From: Candidatus Helarchaeota ASGARD archaeon Hel_GB_B
GTDB lineage: Archaea; Asgardarchaeota; Lokiarchaeia; Helarchaeales; HEL-GB-B
Reading direction: 5' to 3'
Assembly: GCA_005191425.1 (NCBI GenBank)
Contig: SUPR01000001.1
Span: forward strand, 30,001-62,000
DNA length: 32,000 nucleotides
Below the pieces are notes generated by a model. The model saw nothing but the letters and a program-made list of their open reading frames with translations, did not search any database and was not told where the DNA came from. A program made the translations under genes and the position numbers. Of the stretch, positions 1 to 9,093 are shown one piece after another (position 1 is the first letter of the stretch; each line of letters starts with the position of its first letter).

Positions 1-1
1 C

Positions 2-772
2 GTCGGTCCTAGAGTTGAAGAGAAAAAGGCAAAACTTGCTAAAGTAGACGAAATTGTCAATACTGTGATTAAAGAATTAACTACAAAATCACAAGATTTA
101 AAGGGACTTAAATTTCTCATAACAACTGGCCCTACAAGAGAATATATTGATGCGATTAGATATATTAGTAATCCATCAAGTGGTAAAATGGGATTAGAAA
201 TTGCTATTAATGCAAAAAATAGAGGTGCAGATGTAACTCTTATTTATGGTGAAGGTACTACTGTAGATATTCCGTCATATTTTGAAACAATTAAAGTCAC
301 TTCTACTGAAGATCTTTCTAATGCTATTTGTAATGAATTAGAAAAAAAACATTACGATGTTTTTATTTGCGCAGCAGCTATTAGTGACTTTACTGCAGTA
401 AATAAATTAGACGAGAAAATCTCCTCAACGACCCCTGAACTATTAGTAAAATTAAAGCCAACGCCTAAATGTATTGATAGAGCCCGAGAGGTAGATAAAA
501 ATATATATATATGTGGATTTAAAGCAGAATATCGAGTTTCTGAAGAAGAATTGGTCCAAAGAGCAAGAACAAAAATGAATGAAGCAAACATTAATTTAAT
601 GGTAGCTAATGATGTCGGAAAAGAAAAAAGAGGATTTAACACTGAAACTAATGAAGTCTTTTTAGTTTCAAATGATACTGTTGTCCATCTACCATTAGAA
701 AACAAAAAGAAAATAGCTTCCAAAATTATTGATCATATTATTGATGATTTAAATGCTAAGAAGGAAAATTAA
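2..772 (+). CDS. coaBC: Bifunctional phosphopantothenoylcysteine decarboxylase/synthetase, C-terminal (CoaB) part; 5'-truncated by the window edge
   Basis: Frame is open from base 2 (VGPRVEEKKAKLAKVDEIV...), so the GTG at 65 is not the true start. Motifs ITTGPTREYIDAIRYISNPSSGKMG, AAAISDF, GFKAE and VANDV are typical of CoaB. Confidence 0.93.
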   Translation, partial: VGPRVEEKKAKLAKVDEIVNTVIKELTTKSQDLKGLKFLITTGPTREYIDAIRYISNPSSGKMGLEIAINAKNRGADVTLIYGEGTTVDIPSYFETIKVTSTEDLSNAICNELEKKHYDVFICAAAISDFTAVNKLDEKISSTTPELLVKLKPTPKCIDRAREVDKNIYICGFKAEYRVSEEELVQRARTKMNEANINLMVANDVGKEKRGFNTETNEVFLVSNDTVVHLPLENKKKIASKIIDHIIDDLNAKKEN

Positions 773-1592
773 ATTTAATTAATATTTTAGTTTCTATTTT
801 AAATTTAAAAAGTGAATATATGTTAATAAAATAAATAATAATTCCCGTAGATTTTAATTTATTATTATTTAATTTTTTTCTCTATAAGATTTTTTCTCTA
901 AAAATTTTAAAAATAAGTAATTTTGAGTGAATCTTCTTAAATTATTCTAATTTCTTTATTCCAATTCATATTATGGCAAAAAATCTTTATTATAAACTTT
1001 TTATTCCATTTTTTTAACCAAAATACGAAAATTACATTTGAACATTCTTGAGTAGGCGCCCCCTATTATTTGTAAATATTTACCCAACATCAGTAATTAA
1101 TTTTAAATCAAAAAGAGCACTACAACGCATTTTTTTCCATTTTGGTTTTATTTCCAATCTTGACTTATTTAAAACTTTTTGAAACTTTAATTTTCTTCTT
1201 ATTTTTAAGTATTTAGAAAAACTTTTTATTTATTTTCTTTTCCTATAAAACAATTACAATTGATTTGATCTATTTTACAAGTTGAGTTTTTGTCGGTAAT
1301 GGATTTTATTCATTGAAAAATTTTTTATTATAAAATAAAAAGATTTAAAAAGAAAGATTAGAGAATAAGTAAATTATGATTAAATAGATCGATTTTCGAT
1401 ATATTATAATCATTAATTTATCCCTAATCACCCATAATATAGATCAATATTATTATCACAATTAATTATTAAAAATATAATTGTATGAAATTAATTAGGA
1501 GTTTAAATATCATCTAAACCGTAGAGATATTAATTAGCTAAATTAATACCCCATCGCTCCTAATTGACTATATTTAAAGATGTGGAATAAAA

Positions 1593-4500
1593 TTGGCACA
1601 AGTTGAAGTTATCACGAAAGATGTTATAATAGATGTACTGACAAATAACTGGCTAACAAAGCCAGAATTATTTAAAAAACTTCCACCGATAAGAGAACAG
1701 AGTACTGTAAAAGTTATTAATGATTATTTAGATACATTAACCCAAAAAGGAATTGTTACAAAAAAAATAATAAAAGGTAGAATTTGTTTTGGAATTTTTA
1801 AAGAAAAAGGGAACGAACCACATCTTAAACAAACAAAATTGGACCAAATAATGCCTAAAGACCGGCAAATTAAAAAGACGGAGTCAAGAGTAAAAATAGG
1901 AAAAACTGTTTACACAAAAACAGTACCAAAGACAAAAGTAACTAAATCCAATAAAAAGACTTCAAATAAAATAAAAAAATCTGTGGATAATACTCAACTT
2001 AAAACTAAAAAAGAAAAAGGTACACCGAAAACAGATTCGATTGAAAAAAAGGACAATATTAAAAAAGAATCTATCAAAAAAAAGGAAACTCCAGCTAAAT
2101 CTGACCTAAAAAATAGACCAGACCAAAAGCCAAATTTACCAATTAAATCCAAATCTAAATCTGAAAGTAAATCAAAAGCCGCAACTGATATTAAATCAGA
2201 TCAAGGAGCAGAATCACATCCAAAATCTAAAGAAACTCAAAAACCTGAATTTAAAGAAAAAACCGAATTATCAAATATAATAGAAAAGGAGAAAATAAAA
2301 GTTAGCCACAAATATAAAAGACGAAAAATTAATAAATCAGGAATTTTACCGACACGAGAATATGTCATGAGCAAAAAAGAAGAAGTTGGTACAGATAGAG
2401 CTTATCAACAACTTTCTCCCGCTGAATTTTTTAAGAAGAATAAAGCAATTGCAGGTTTTGATAATGATCAAAAGGCAGTTTATACAACAATTAGAGAATT
2501 AGTTGAAAATTCTATTGATGCAGCTGAAGCAATCGAAAAGCCCCCAGATATTTTTATAAAAATGGAGTCGCTTCCGAATAATAGATATAAGATTACAATC
2601 CGTGATAATGGCTCAGGGGTACCTGATGAAGAGATCCCAAAATGTTTTGGTATATTATTATATGGATCTAAATATATAAGAAAACAAGGAAGAGGTGCAT
2701 TTGGTTTTGGAGGTAAGATGGCAATATTATATGGACAGATATCAACATTAGAACCTGTCGAAATAAAAAGTTCTACTAATGGAAAAGAAATTTATTATTA
2801 CAAAATGAGGATTGATATAAAAAATAATGAACCGATAATTGAAGAATATAAAGTAATACCAAATTCGGATAATTGGACAGGAACAGAAATATCATTTAAA
2901 TTTAAAGGAGATTATCCTAGAGTACGAAAAAAAGTATTAGAATACTTAAATAAAACTGCAATTATCACACCTCATGCAGAAATCGAATATATTGAACCAA
3001 TAGATGAGCGATGTGAAAAATGTAGATCAGATAGAGTTGAAACTCTTGGAGATGTGATATACTGTAAAAAATGTAGTAATAAATTTATTCATAATATAAA
3101 TATTAATGATAATTTTACTTTAAAAAAGATATTTCAAAATAAAATCGGTGGAATTGATAAAGACCTCTTTAACAAAATAAAATTGGATTTGTCGGATATT
3201 TTAGACGCTGAAATTGATAAACTCAGTAATTTAAGAGAAATATATAATAAAATTGAAGATATTTATGGAAGTCCAATAGGAATAACCAAGGATAATTTAA
3301 TTAATAAAATTTTTAAATTAATTTTAAAAGGAATTAAGAACTTTACAATTATTTCTAAGAAATATAAGAATATTTCAGAAATAGATGTTACTACAAAAAA
3401 AGAAATAATAGAATTAATTGAAAATATAAATAATTTGTTTAAATATGTGGGTGGAAAGTCATTCCCAATTACAAGTTTAACACCCGCAAATATTAAAACA
3501 AAATTAGAACATGAAAAAAAATTTCTAACTAGAGCAAAAAATTTTGATGCTTTTCTTTTAGATATAATTTCAGGACTTGGAAAAAAGACATTAAAAAAGG
3601 TAGAGGATGAATATGGAGAAAATTTAAAAATAGATATTTTCGAAGCAGAATCTAAAATTGATATGAATAAATTATATAAAATATTATATAAAAATCTTAC
3701 ATCTGGATTAATAAACATTAAAGATTTGACATTTGAACAATTCAAACAACTTATAGAAGAAGTAAAAAAAGAAAAAATTAAATATATCTCTAAATTAAAA
3801 GATGGAGTCCTTGAATATATCAGAAAAGATGCGTTTCTATCTCAGAAAGAGCCCTATAAATTTATAAATAATTCAGTGGAAAAATGTCCATATTGTAATT
3901 CATCAGATATAATACAAATTGGGGACTGGAGGCAATGTCAAGTAAGTTCATGCAAGCATAATTATTTAAATATTTATAGACACATTTATAGAAGAGGTAC
4001 TACAGAATTACCGCCAAACCCGACTGCCAGTCTTCCGCATCCGCACGGAATTGATGCAGATACATTATTAGAAATGATTAAAGCAGAATTAAGCGAATTT
4101 TATATCACCTATGAACCTATAGGTAATTATTCTATGCAAAAACTATTAAGAAAAAATATTAAAGGAATTGGAAAAGAAACACTCAATAAGATTGAAGAAT
4201 TAACGCCCGAATCCCTTGAGAAAGATGCCGATAAATTTAGAAATGTTAATCAATTGTATAAGGCAATTGAAAAAGCAGTGGGACATCCAATAGGAAAAGT
4301 TGAGGGTAAAAAAACAGTTTACAACATTAATAATTTAAAATTTGAAGAATTTAAAGAAATTATTAACAATGAACTTTCAAATAATACTAATTTAGACTCT
4401 ATTTTGAAAAAGTTATTTTCAAGATTGCGGGTTAAAATCTTAAATGAAATTAAAAAAGAATTAGATATACAAATCGACCAACAGATTCCTTCAAATATTG

Positions 4501-5639
4501 ATTTAGAAAAGTTATACAAATTATTATTAAAAAAACTCCCTAAAACCAATTCAATTAATGTAAAAGAATTAACTCTTGAAAAATTAAAACAATTAATCGA
4601 AAATGTCAAAAAAGATAAACATGAAGAGTTTAGGAAAGCAAGCCCAAATTTTTATTCATTTATGAATAAGAGATTTCAGAGGACCGGGAAAAAAACAATT
4701 AATAATTTCTGTGAATTTGCGCGGCAAAATTCAACATTAAAGCTTTATCCAGAAACTTTACTAATGGACCTAGATAAAGATGCCATAGTTAAAATCACGG
4801 ATTTACTTCAAAAATTTCCATTTATGAGGCCAGATGCTAGTTGTTTGGCTCCTATAGGAGAACAATTGCTTTTAAAAGGAATTATGAAGGAGATGAACCC
4901 TGAATGGGCTAGTACAGTCCAAAGACCACCTGAAGTTTGTGAAGGACATCCATTTATAATTGAGATGGGACTTGCTTATGGAGGAAAAATAGATTCTTCG
5001 GGTGATTATTTACAAAGATTTGCTAACCGTATTCCATTACTTTATGAATCAAGTATGGGTGTTTGTGCTACTGCAATTAAAAAAATCAATTGGAGACATT
5101 ATAAATTAGATTTAGATAAAATGCCAATACATATTTTTATTCACATAGTATCTACGAAAATACCGTGGGGACGCTTTGGCAAGGAATATATTGCAAATAA
5201 ACCAGAAATTAGGTCAGAAATAGAAAAAGGGATCAAATACTTAGCGGGACAACTCCGTACTTATTTGAGTAAAATTAGAAAAAAGGAATCTATTAAAAAG
5301 AAAGTTTTTAAATTGAAAATTTTTGGCCGCGCATTAATAGAGCCTTTAGCAGAATTAGTTGAAGCAGATCCATCGATCATCGTTAGAATAATATATAATT
5401 ATATTATAAGTAAAAGACCAAAAAAAGAAAAAAGTAAAAATCTGTATAAGAATTTTTCAAACTTTTTTGATGATTTAAGTCTTTTTGATAAATTAGATTT
5501 AGAATATCTGAAATTACTGGTTAAAGAAAAAAGTAAGAATCCATTTAAGAATTTCTTAAATTTTTTTGATAACTTTAATTATATAAACTTATTAATTAAA
5601 CTAAAAATAAATGATCAAGATGTCGACCAAAAGAGTTAG
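1593..5639 (+). CDS. top6B: DNA topoisomerase VI subunit B with large N-terminal extension and two internal insertions
   Basis: LSPAEFF, GHKL motifs RELVENSIDA / DNGSG / GRGAFGFGG, PHPHG, transducer RFANRIPLLY, NWRHY and GKEYIA; directly upstream of top6A. The conserved core begins near the ATG at 2367 (aa 259), an alternative start. Confidence 0.95.
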   Translation: MAQVEVITKDVIIDVLTNNWLTKPELFKKLPPIREQSTVKVINDYLDTLTQKGIVTKKIIKGRICFGIFKEKGNEPHLKQTKLDQIMPKDRQIKKTESRVKIGKTVYTKTVPKTKVTKSNKKTSNKIKKSVDNTQLKTKKEKGTPKTDSIEKKDNIKKESIKKKETPAKSDLKNRPDQKPNLPIKSKSKSESKSKAATDIKSDQGAESHPKSKETQKPEFKEKTELSNIIEKEKIKVSHKYKRRKINKSGILPTREYVMSKKEEVGTDRAYQQLSPAEFFKKNKAIAGFDNDQKAVYTTIRELVENSIDAAEAIEKPPDIFIKMESLPNNRYKITIRDNGSGVPDEEIPKCFGILLYGSKYIRKQGRGAFGFGGKMAILYGQISTLEPVEIKSSTNGKEIYYYKMRIDIKNNEPIIEEYKVIPNSDNWTGTEISFKFKGDYPRVRKKVLEYLNKTAIITPHAEIEYIEPIDERCEKCRSDRVETLGDVIYCKKCSNKFIHNININDNFTLKKIFQNKIGGIDKDLFNKIKLDLSDILDAEIDKLSNLREIYNKIEDIYGSPIGITKDNLINKIFKLILKGIKNFTIISKKYKNISEIDVTTKKEIIELIENINNLFKYVGGKSFPITSLTPANIKTKLEHEKKFLTRAKNFDAFLLDIISGLGKKTLKKVEDEYGENLKIDIFEAESKIDMNKLYKILYKNLTSGLINIKDLTFEQFKQLIEEVKKEKIKYISKLKDGVLEYIRKDAFLSQKEPYKFINNSVEKCPYCNSSDIIQIGDWRQCQVSSCKHNYLNIYRHIYRRGTTELPPNPTASLPHPHGIDADTLLEMIKAELSEFYITYEPIGNYSMQKLLRKNIKGIGKETLNKIEELTPESLEKDADKFRNVNQLYKAIEKAVGHPIGKVEGKKTVYNINNLKFEEFKEIINNELSNNTNLDSILKKLFSRLRVKILNEIKKELDIQIDQQIPSNIDLEKLYKLLLKKLPKTNSINVKELTLEKLKQLIENVKKDKHEEFRKASPNFYSFMNKRFQRTGKKTINNFCEFARQNSTLKLYPETLLMDLDKDAIVKITDLLQKFPFMRPDASCLAPIGEQLLLKGIMKEMNPEWASTVQRPPEVCEGHPFIIEMGLAYGGKIDSSGDYLQRFANRIPLLYESSMGVCATAIKKINWRHYKLDLDKMPIHIFIHIVSTKIPWGRFGKEYIANKPEIRSEIEKGIKYLAGQLRTYLSKIRKKESIKKKVFKLKIFGRALIEPLAELVEADPSIIVRIIYNYIISKRPKKEKSKNLYKNFSNFFDDLSLFDKLDLEYLKLLVKEKSKNPFKNFLNFFDNFNYINLLIKLKINDQDVDQKS
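3111..4820 (+). repeat. Five H2TH-like repeat units within Top6B, starting at about 3111, 3540, 4125, 4389 and 4647
   Basis: NFTLKKIFQNKIGGIDKDLFNKI...IYNKIEDIYGSPIG aligns with NYSMQKLLRKNIKGIGKETLNKI...LYKAIEKAVGHPIG. IDMNKLYKILYKNL-TSGLINIKDLTFEQFKQLIEEVKKEK aligns with IDLEKLYKLLLKKLPKTNSINVKELTLEKLKQLIENVKKDK (840 nt apart). Confidence 0.8.
5424..5609 (+). repeat. Diverged 99-nt (33-aa) tandem duplication in the Top6B C-terminal tail
   Basis: KEKSKNLYKNFSNFFDDL (5424) and KEKSKNPFKNFLNFFDNF (5523); also visible at DNA level (aaagaaaaaagtaa.aat......aagaattt). Confidence 0.8.
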
Positions 5640-6843
5640 AAGTAGTAGTAAAAAGTCTACTGTAAAAAAGAAAACTACTAAAAATTCCAATAAAAAATTG
5701 ACTAGTAAAAAAGAGGTTGAAAAAGAAAAAAAGAAGGAAATTTCAGAAGAATCATTAATTGTTATAGAAAATATTGATTTTTATGCAAATCAAATTTTAA
5801 AAGGATTTATTAATGGTAATCCAACCATAGAAATTCCAATTAGAGGAAAATCAAATGTTGAATATGATGAAGAGAGGGGGATTATTAAAGTATTAGATAA
5901 ATCAAAAGTTTCTGAACGATCTTTTCAAAATATTGCACATACAAAAAAATTTATGCAGTACATTATGGTCTTGAATTTTTGTAAAAAATTATTGAAGACA
6001 AACTCGACTTCTGATTTAAGAGATTTATATTATAGTTTAAAGAGAAAAATACCAGGGACAAGAAATAAAACATTTGATTCACAAGAAGAATCAAATCCAA
6101 TTATTGAAGATATAGAAGTAGCTATGGACATATGGAGAGAACGATTACATATTTCTGCAGATCCAAAGGGGTACATCGTTGGTGATATTATTTTTACTCA
6201 AAAATTAAAAAATAAAGACCAAAGAATTGATTGTAATGAGATGGGTACCGGTTGGGGAATTCCGAGTAATGTAGAAAGGGACATTTTAGAAATAGAAAAT
6301 GTAAATGCAAAATATTTATTGGCTATTGAATCTGCAGGAATGTACAGCAGACTGGTTGAGGAAAATTTTCATGAAAATAATAAGTGTATATTAATTGCAT
6401 TAAAAGGCCAAGCAAGTAGAGGGACTAGAAGATTAATAAATCGGATTGCTTATGAAAAGAATATACCAGTTTATGTATTCGTAGATGGAGATCCATGGGG
6501 TTTTTATATTTATTCAGTGCTTAAATTCGGTAGTATGTCGTTATCTTTTATAGGGAGTAAACTGGCTACACCTAAAGCAAAATTTATTGGAATGACGATG
6601 GAGGATATAAGCGACTATAAGTTAGAAGATTCAACTCATCCGTTAAGTAAAGTAGACATTAAAAGAATAGATGACCTATTGGATTTACCATGGTTCCAAA
6701 ATGATGAATGGCAAACTGAACTAAAATTGATGAAAAAAATTCAAAAACGTATCGAACAACAGGCGCTTGCATCAAGGTCGTTAGATTTTGTAGCCACGAC
6801 TTATTTACCTGAAAAAATTAAAAATAAGAAATTTTTACCTTAA
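5611..6843 (+). CDS. top6A: DNA topoisomerase VI subunit A (Spo11 family)
   Basis: Catalytic region LRDLYY, TOPRIM motifs AIESAG and VFVDGDPWG, C-terminal IEQQAL. Overlaps the top6B stop; alternative start ATG 5620. Lys/Ser-rich N-terminal tail of about 45 aa. Confidence 0.96.
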   Translation: MIKMSTKRVRSSSKKSTVKKKTTKNSNKKLTSKKEVEKEKKKEISEESLIVIENIDFYANQILKGFINGNPTIEIPIRGKSNVEYDEERGIIKVLDKSKVSERSFQNIAHTKKFMQYIMVLNFCKKLLKTNSTSDLRDLYYSLKRKIPGTRNKTFDSQEESNPIIEDIEVAMDIWRERLHISADPKGYIVGDIIFTQKLKNKDQRIDCNEMGTGWGIPSNVERDILEIENVNAKYLLAIESAGMYSRLVEENFHENNKCILIALKGQASRGTRRLINRIAYEKNIPVYVFVDGDPWGFYIYSVLKFGSMSLSFIGSKLATPKAKFIGMTMEDISDYKLEDSTHPLSKVDIKRIDDLLDLPWFQNDEWQTELKLMKKIQKRIEQQALASRSLDFVATTYLPEKIKNKKFLP

Positions 6844-7685
6844 TTAGAAAATTTTTGTTCATATTTTAAATTACGTTGTTTTCGCTCTTCTGCGAGTTGT
6901 TTTAGAAATTCTAGTTGACGGAATCCCCAACGAGCTCTTCCAATAGAGACACCTGGAGCCCAAGTCCTTAGTATATCTAATTCTTCTTGTGTTGGAAGTG
7001 GTGTTTGTTTCAAATCATCAGCAACTTTTAAGTCCCAAGGGACAGAACGAAGTAACTTTTTTAGGTTCACTTTAGGGTGTATAGACTCTAGATAAATTTC
7101 TTTAGTATCTTTTTCGAATTTAAAAACACCTTTTTGAGTAATAACGGCATGCGGCCCACCAGGAAGTCCTGCTTCTTCGCGAGAATTTCCTCCTTTTAGC
7201 CAGCCGGGCGTGGTAATATATGGTAATTCATTAACAAATCTACCATGTCGCATCATAATAACAATTCTTTTCGCATAACCACCAATTTCATTAGCACCAC
7301 CAGAACCAGCTATACGTTTATCGGGGAAACGTTGAAAAGAAGTATTAATATTTCCATATTTATCTATTTGAGAGGCGCCTAGAAATCCCACATCAAAATA
7401 TCCGCCAAATAAATAATAGCCGAAAATTTCGATTAGTTCACAAGATGCAGCACAACCTTTCATTGCGGTCATATCAGCTATGTGTATAGGAGGTCGATAC
7501 AAGTTAAATTCAATTATTCCTCCTTCCATAATTAAAGTGAGGTTTTTTCCAGATTTTTTAGCTAATAATGCAGCAAGAATAGGATAGCCTTGCCCTACGA
7601 ATACGACATCTCCATCATTTAATTCGCGAGAGGCAGCAGAACACATAATTTCTTCATATGTAAGTTTAATCGTTTTAATTTTCAT
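6840..7685 (-). CDS. gctB: Family I CoA-transferase beta subunit (glutaconate CoA-transferase B-like)
   Basis: VFVGQG, LIMEGG (catalytic Glu position), GFLGASQIDKYGNIN, GSGGANEI. Start placed at ATG 7685 (MKIKTIK), overlapping the alpha-subunit stop, rather than 7715. Substrate not determinable. Confidence 0.82.
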   Translation of the reverse strand: MKIKTIKLTYEEIMCSAASRELNDGDVVFVGQGYPILAALLAKKSGKNLTLIMEGGIIEFNLYRPPIHIADMTAMKGCAASCELIEIFGYYLFGGYFDVGFLGASQIDKYGNINTSFQRFPDKRIAGSGGANEIGGYAKRIVIMMRHGRFVNELPYITTPGWLKGGNSREEAGLPGGPHAVITQKGVFKFEKDTKEIYLESIHPKVNLKKLLRSVPWDLKVADDLKQTPLPTQEELDILRTWAPGVSIGRARWGFRQLEFLKQLAEERKQRNLKYEQKFSN

Positions 7686-8697
7686 CAACCTCCACTTCAA
7701 ACATTTCAGGTGCATCTAAAATATCATCCATTTTCAGTTCAAGGAGCTCCATATCCTTTAGAAATGAAGAACCTAAATTGACAGATGCAGAAGGATAGAC
7801 CCTAGCTCGGAGTTTATGCAAAGGTTGCATACCATAGACGTCAGTATAATGTTCGATATAATGATATCGATCTTCAATATTATAAATCCATTCATCTACC
7901 CAAGAGGAGAAGAGAGATTTTGAAACAGATGCAGCTGAATATAGTCCTACCATCATCCTATCCATATCATAATAACCAAGGACTTCTGATGGGTGAGCAC
8001 CCCAAGGTTCAATACATATTGCATCAACTCTAAAACCAGGAATGATAGTATTATTAGGCGATAATCTTACAACTTCACGGGGTACCATTTCCTCAGCCGA
8101 AACAATAATTCTTTTACTTGCAAGAGCTCCATGTTTAACAGTACCAAGAGCACCCCAAAGTTGAGCATTTCCATCTTGATCAACTCTTTGGCAATGGACA
8201 ATTGCAACATCAGGTTTTATTGCAGGGACAAGAAGTACTTTTTCTTTAGGATTAAACGGATTGTCAATTAATTTAAACATTCCTTCTTTATGACGATTCC
8301 AGATATCAGTATATAAAATAGATGGTTTTGCTGGAAAAAATGGTAAATTTAATGCACCAGCCATTAGCATTGCAGCTACAGTATAATTGGTATAATCTTG
8401 AACTTCAATATTATATTCAACTACTCCTCTATCAAAGGCTCTCTGCCCTTTAACTATTCTATATGACCATGATGAAATGACTTTTTTAAGGCAACCACAG
8501 CCTGCCAGCAAATCAAGCTCGTGCATACAAGTGGCTTGTACTGCAGTTAAATTTTTCTTTTTTTGTCTAATTATTTCATGTATTAATGCATATGGTCCTG
8601 CAGTACCACAGCTTGTAATTGATAAAGTATCTCCATCATGGACAAATTTTTTAATTGCTTCTTTTGTGGACATTAATTTGGGAGATTCATTTATCAT
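7675..8697 (-). CDS. gctA: Family I CoA-transferase alpha subunit (glutaconate CoA-transferase A-like)
   Basis: EAIKKFVHDGD, LDLLAGCG, PAIKPDVAIVHCQRVDQDGN, IVSAEE, EPWGAHPS, YDMD; coupled to the beta subunit. Confidence 0.85.
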   Translation of the reverse strand: MINESPKLMSTKEAIKKFVHDGDTLSITSCGTAGPYALIHEIIRQKKKNLTAVQATCMHELDLLAGCGCLKKVISSWSYRIVKGQRAFDRGVVEYNIEVQDYTNYTVAAMLMAGALNLPFFPAKPSILYTDIWNRHKEGMFKLIDNPFNPKEKVLLVPAIKPDVAIVHCQRVDQDGNAQLWGALGTVKHGALASKRIIVSAEEMVPREVVRLSPNNTIIPGFRVDAICIEPWGAHPSEVLGYYDMDRMMVGLYSAASVSKSLFSSWVDEWIYNIEDRYHYIEHYTDVYGMQPLHKLRARVYPSASVNLGSSFLKDMELLELKMDDILDAPEMFEVEVDEN

Positions 8698-9093
8698 TTT
8701 TGTACACTTTTTTCTTAAAAGAATATAGATTAAATATTAAAATTTTTTATTTCATAGAAGATTTTTTGAATTTTATTATATAAATTAAAATTAATTATAG
8801 AAATGGAAATAGAAAATTAAACATTAGAATAATATGGTAAATTTTATAATATTTTCTGGATGTTTTGAATCTATAAATAATTAAAGAATAATAAATACTC
8901 TTAAAAATATATGAGAATTTCAAAATCAAAGTATTTAAAATAATTTTAATATTTAGTTTTTTTCCAATAAAATTAATAATTAAAATAAAAAATATTAAGG
9001 AAAAGGTTTTTTTTACTTTAATACATGAAGTTTAATAGAAGATCCTTTAAATTAATAATGTATACAAAAAAATAAAAATAAAAGTAGGTTCAA

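Noticed and set aside
773-1592. Replication origin, RNA gene or pseudogene in the 820-nt AT-rich gap
   Set aside because: No repeated ORB-like boxes, no cdc6/orc1 neighbour and no tRNA-like fold. Short minus-strand reading fragments around 1020-1230 match nothing I recognise.
3006-3980. Intein in top6B
   Set aside because: No N-terminal Cys/Ser splice block, no His-Asn followed by Cys/Ser/Thr (the HN dipeptides are followed by Ile and Tyr) and no LAGLIDADG motif. The insert is made of zinc ribbons and H2TH-like repeats.
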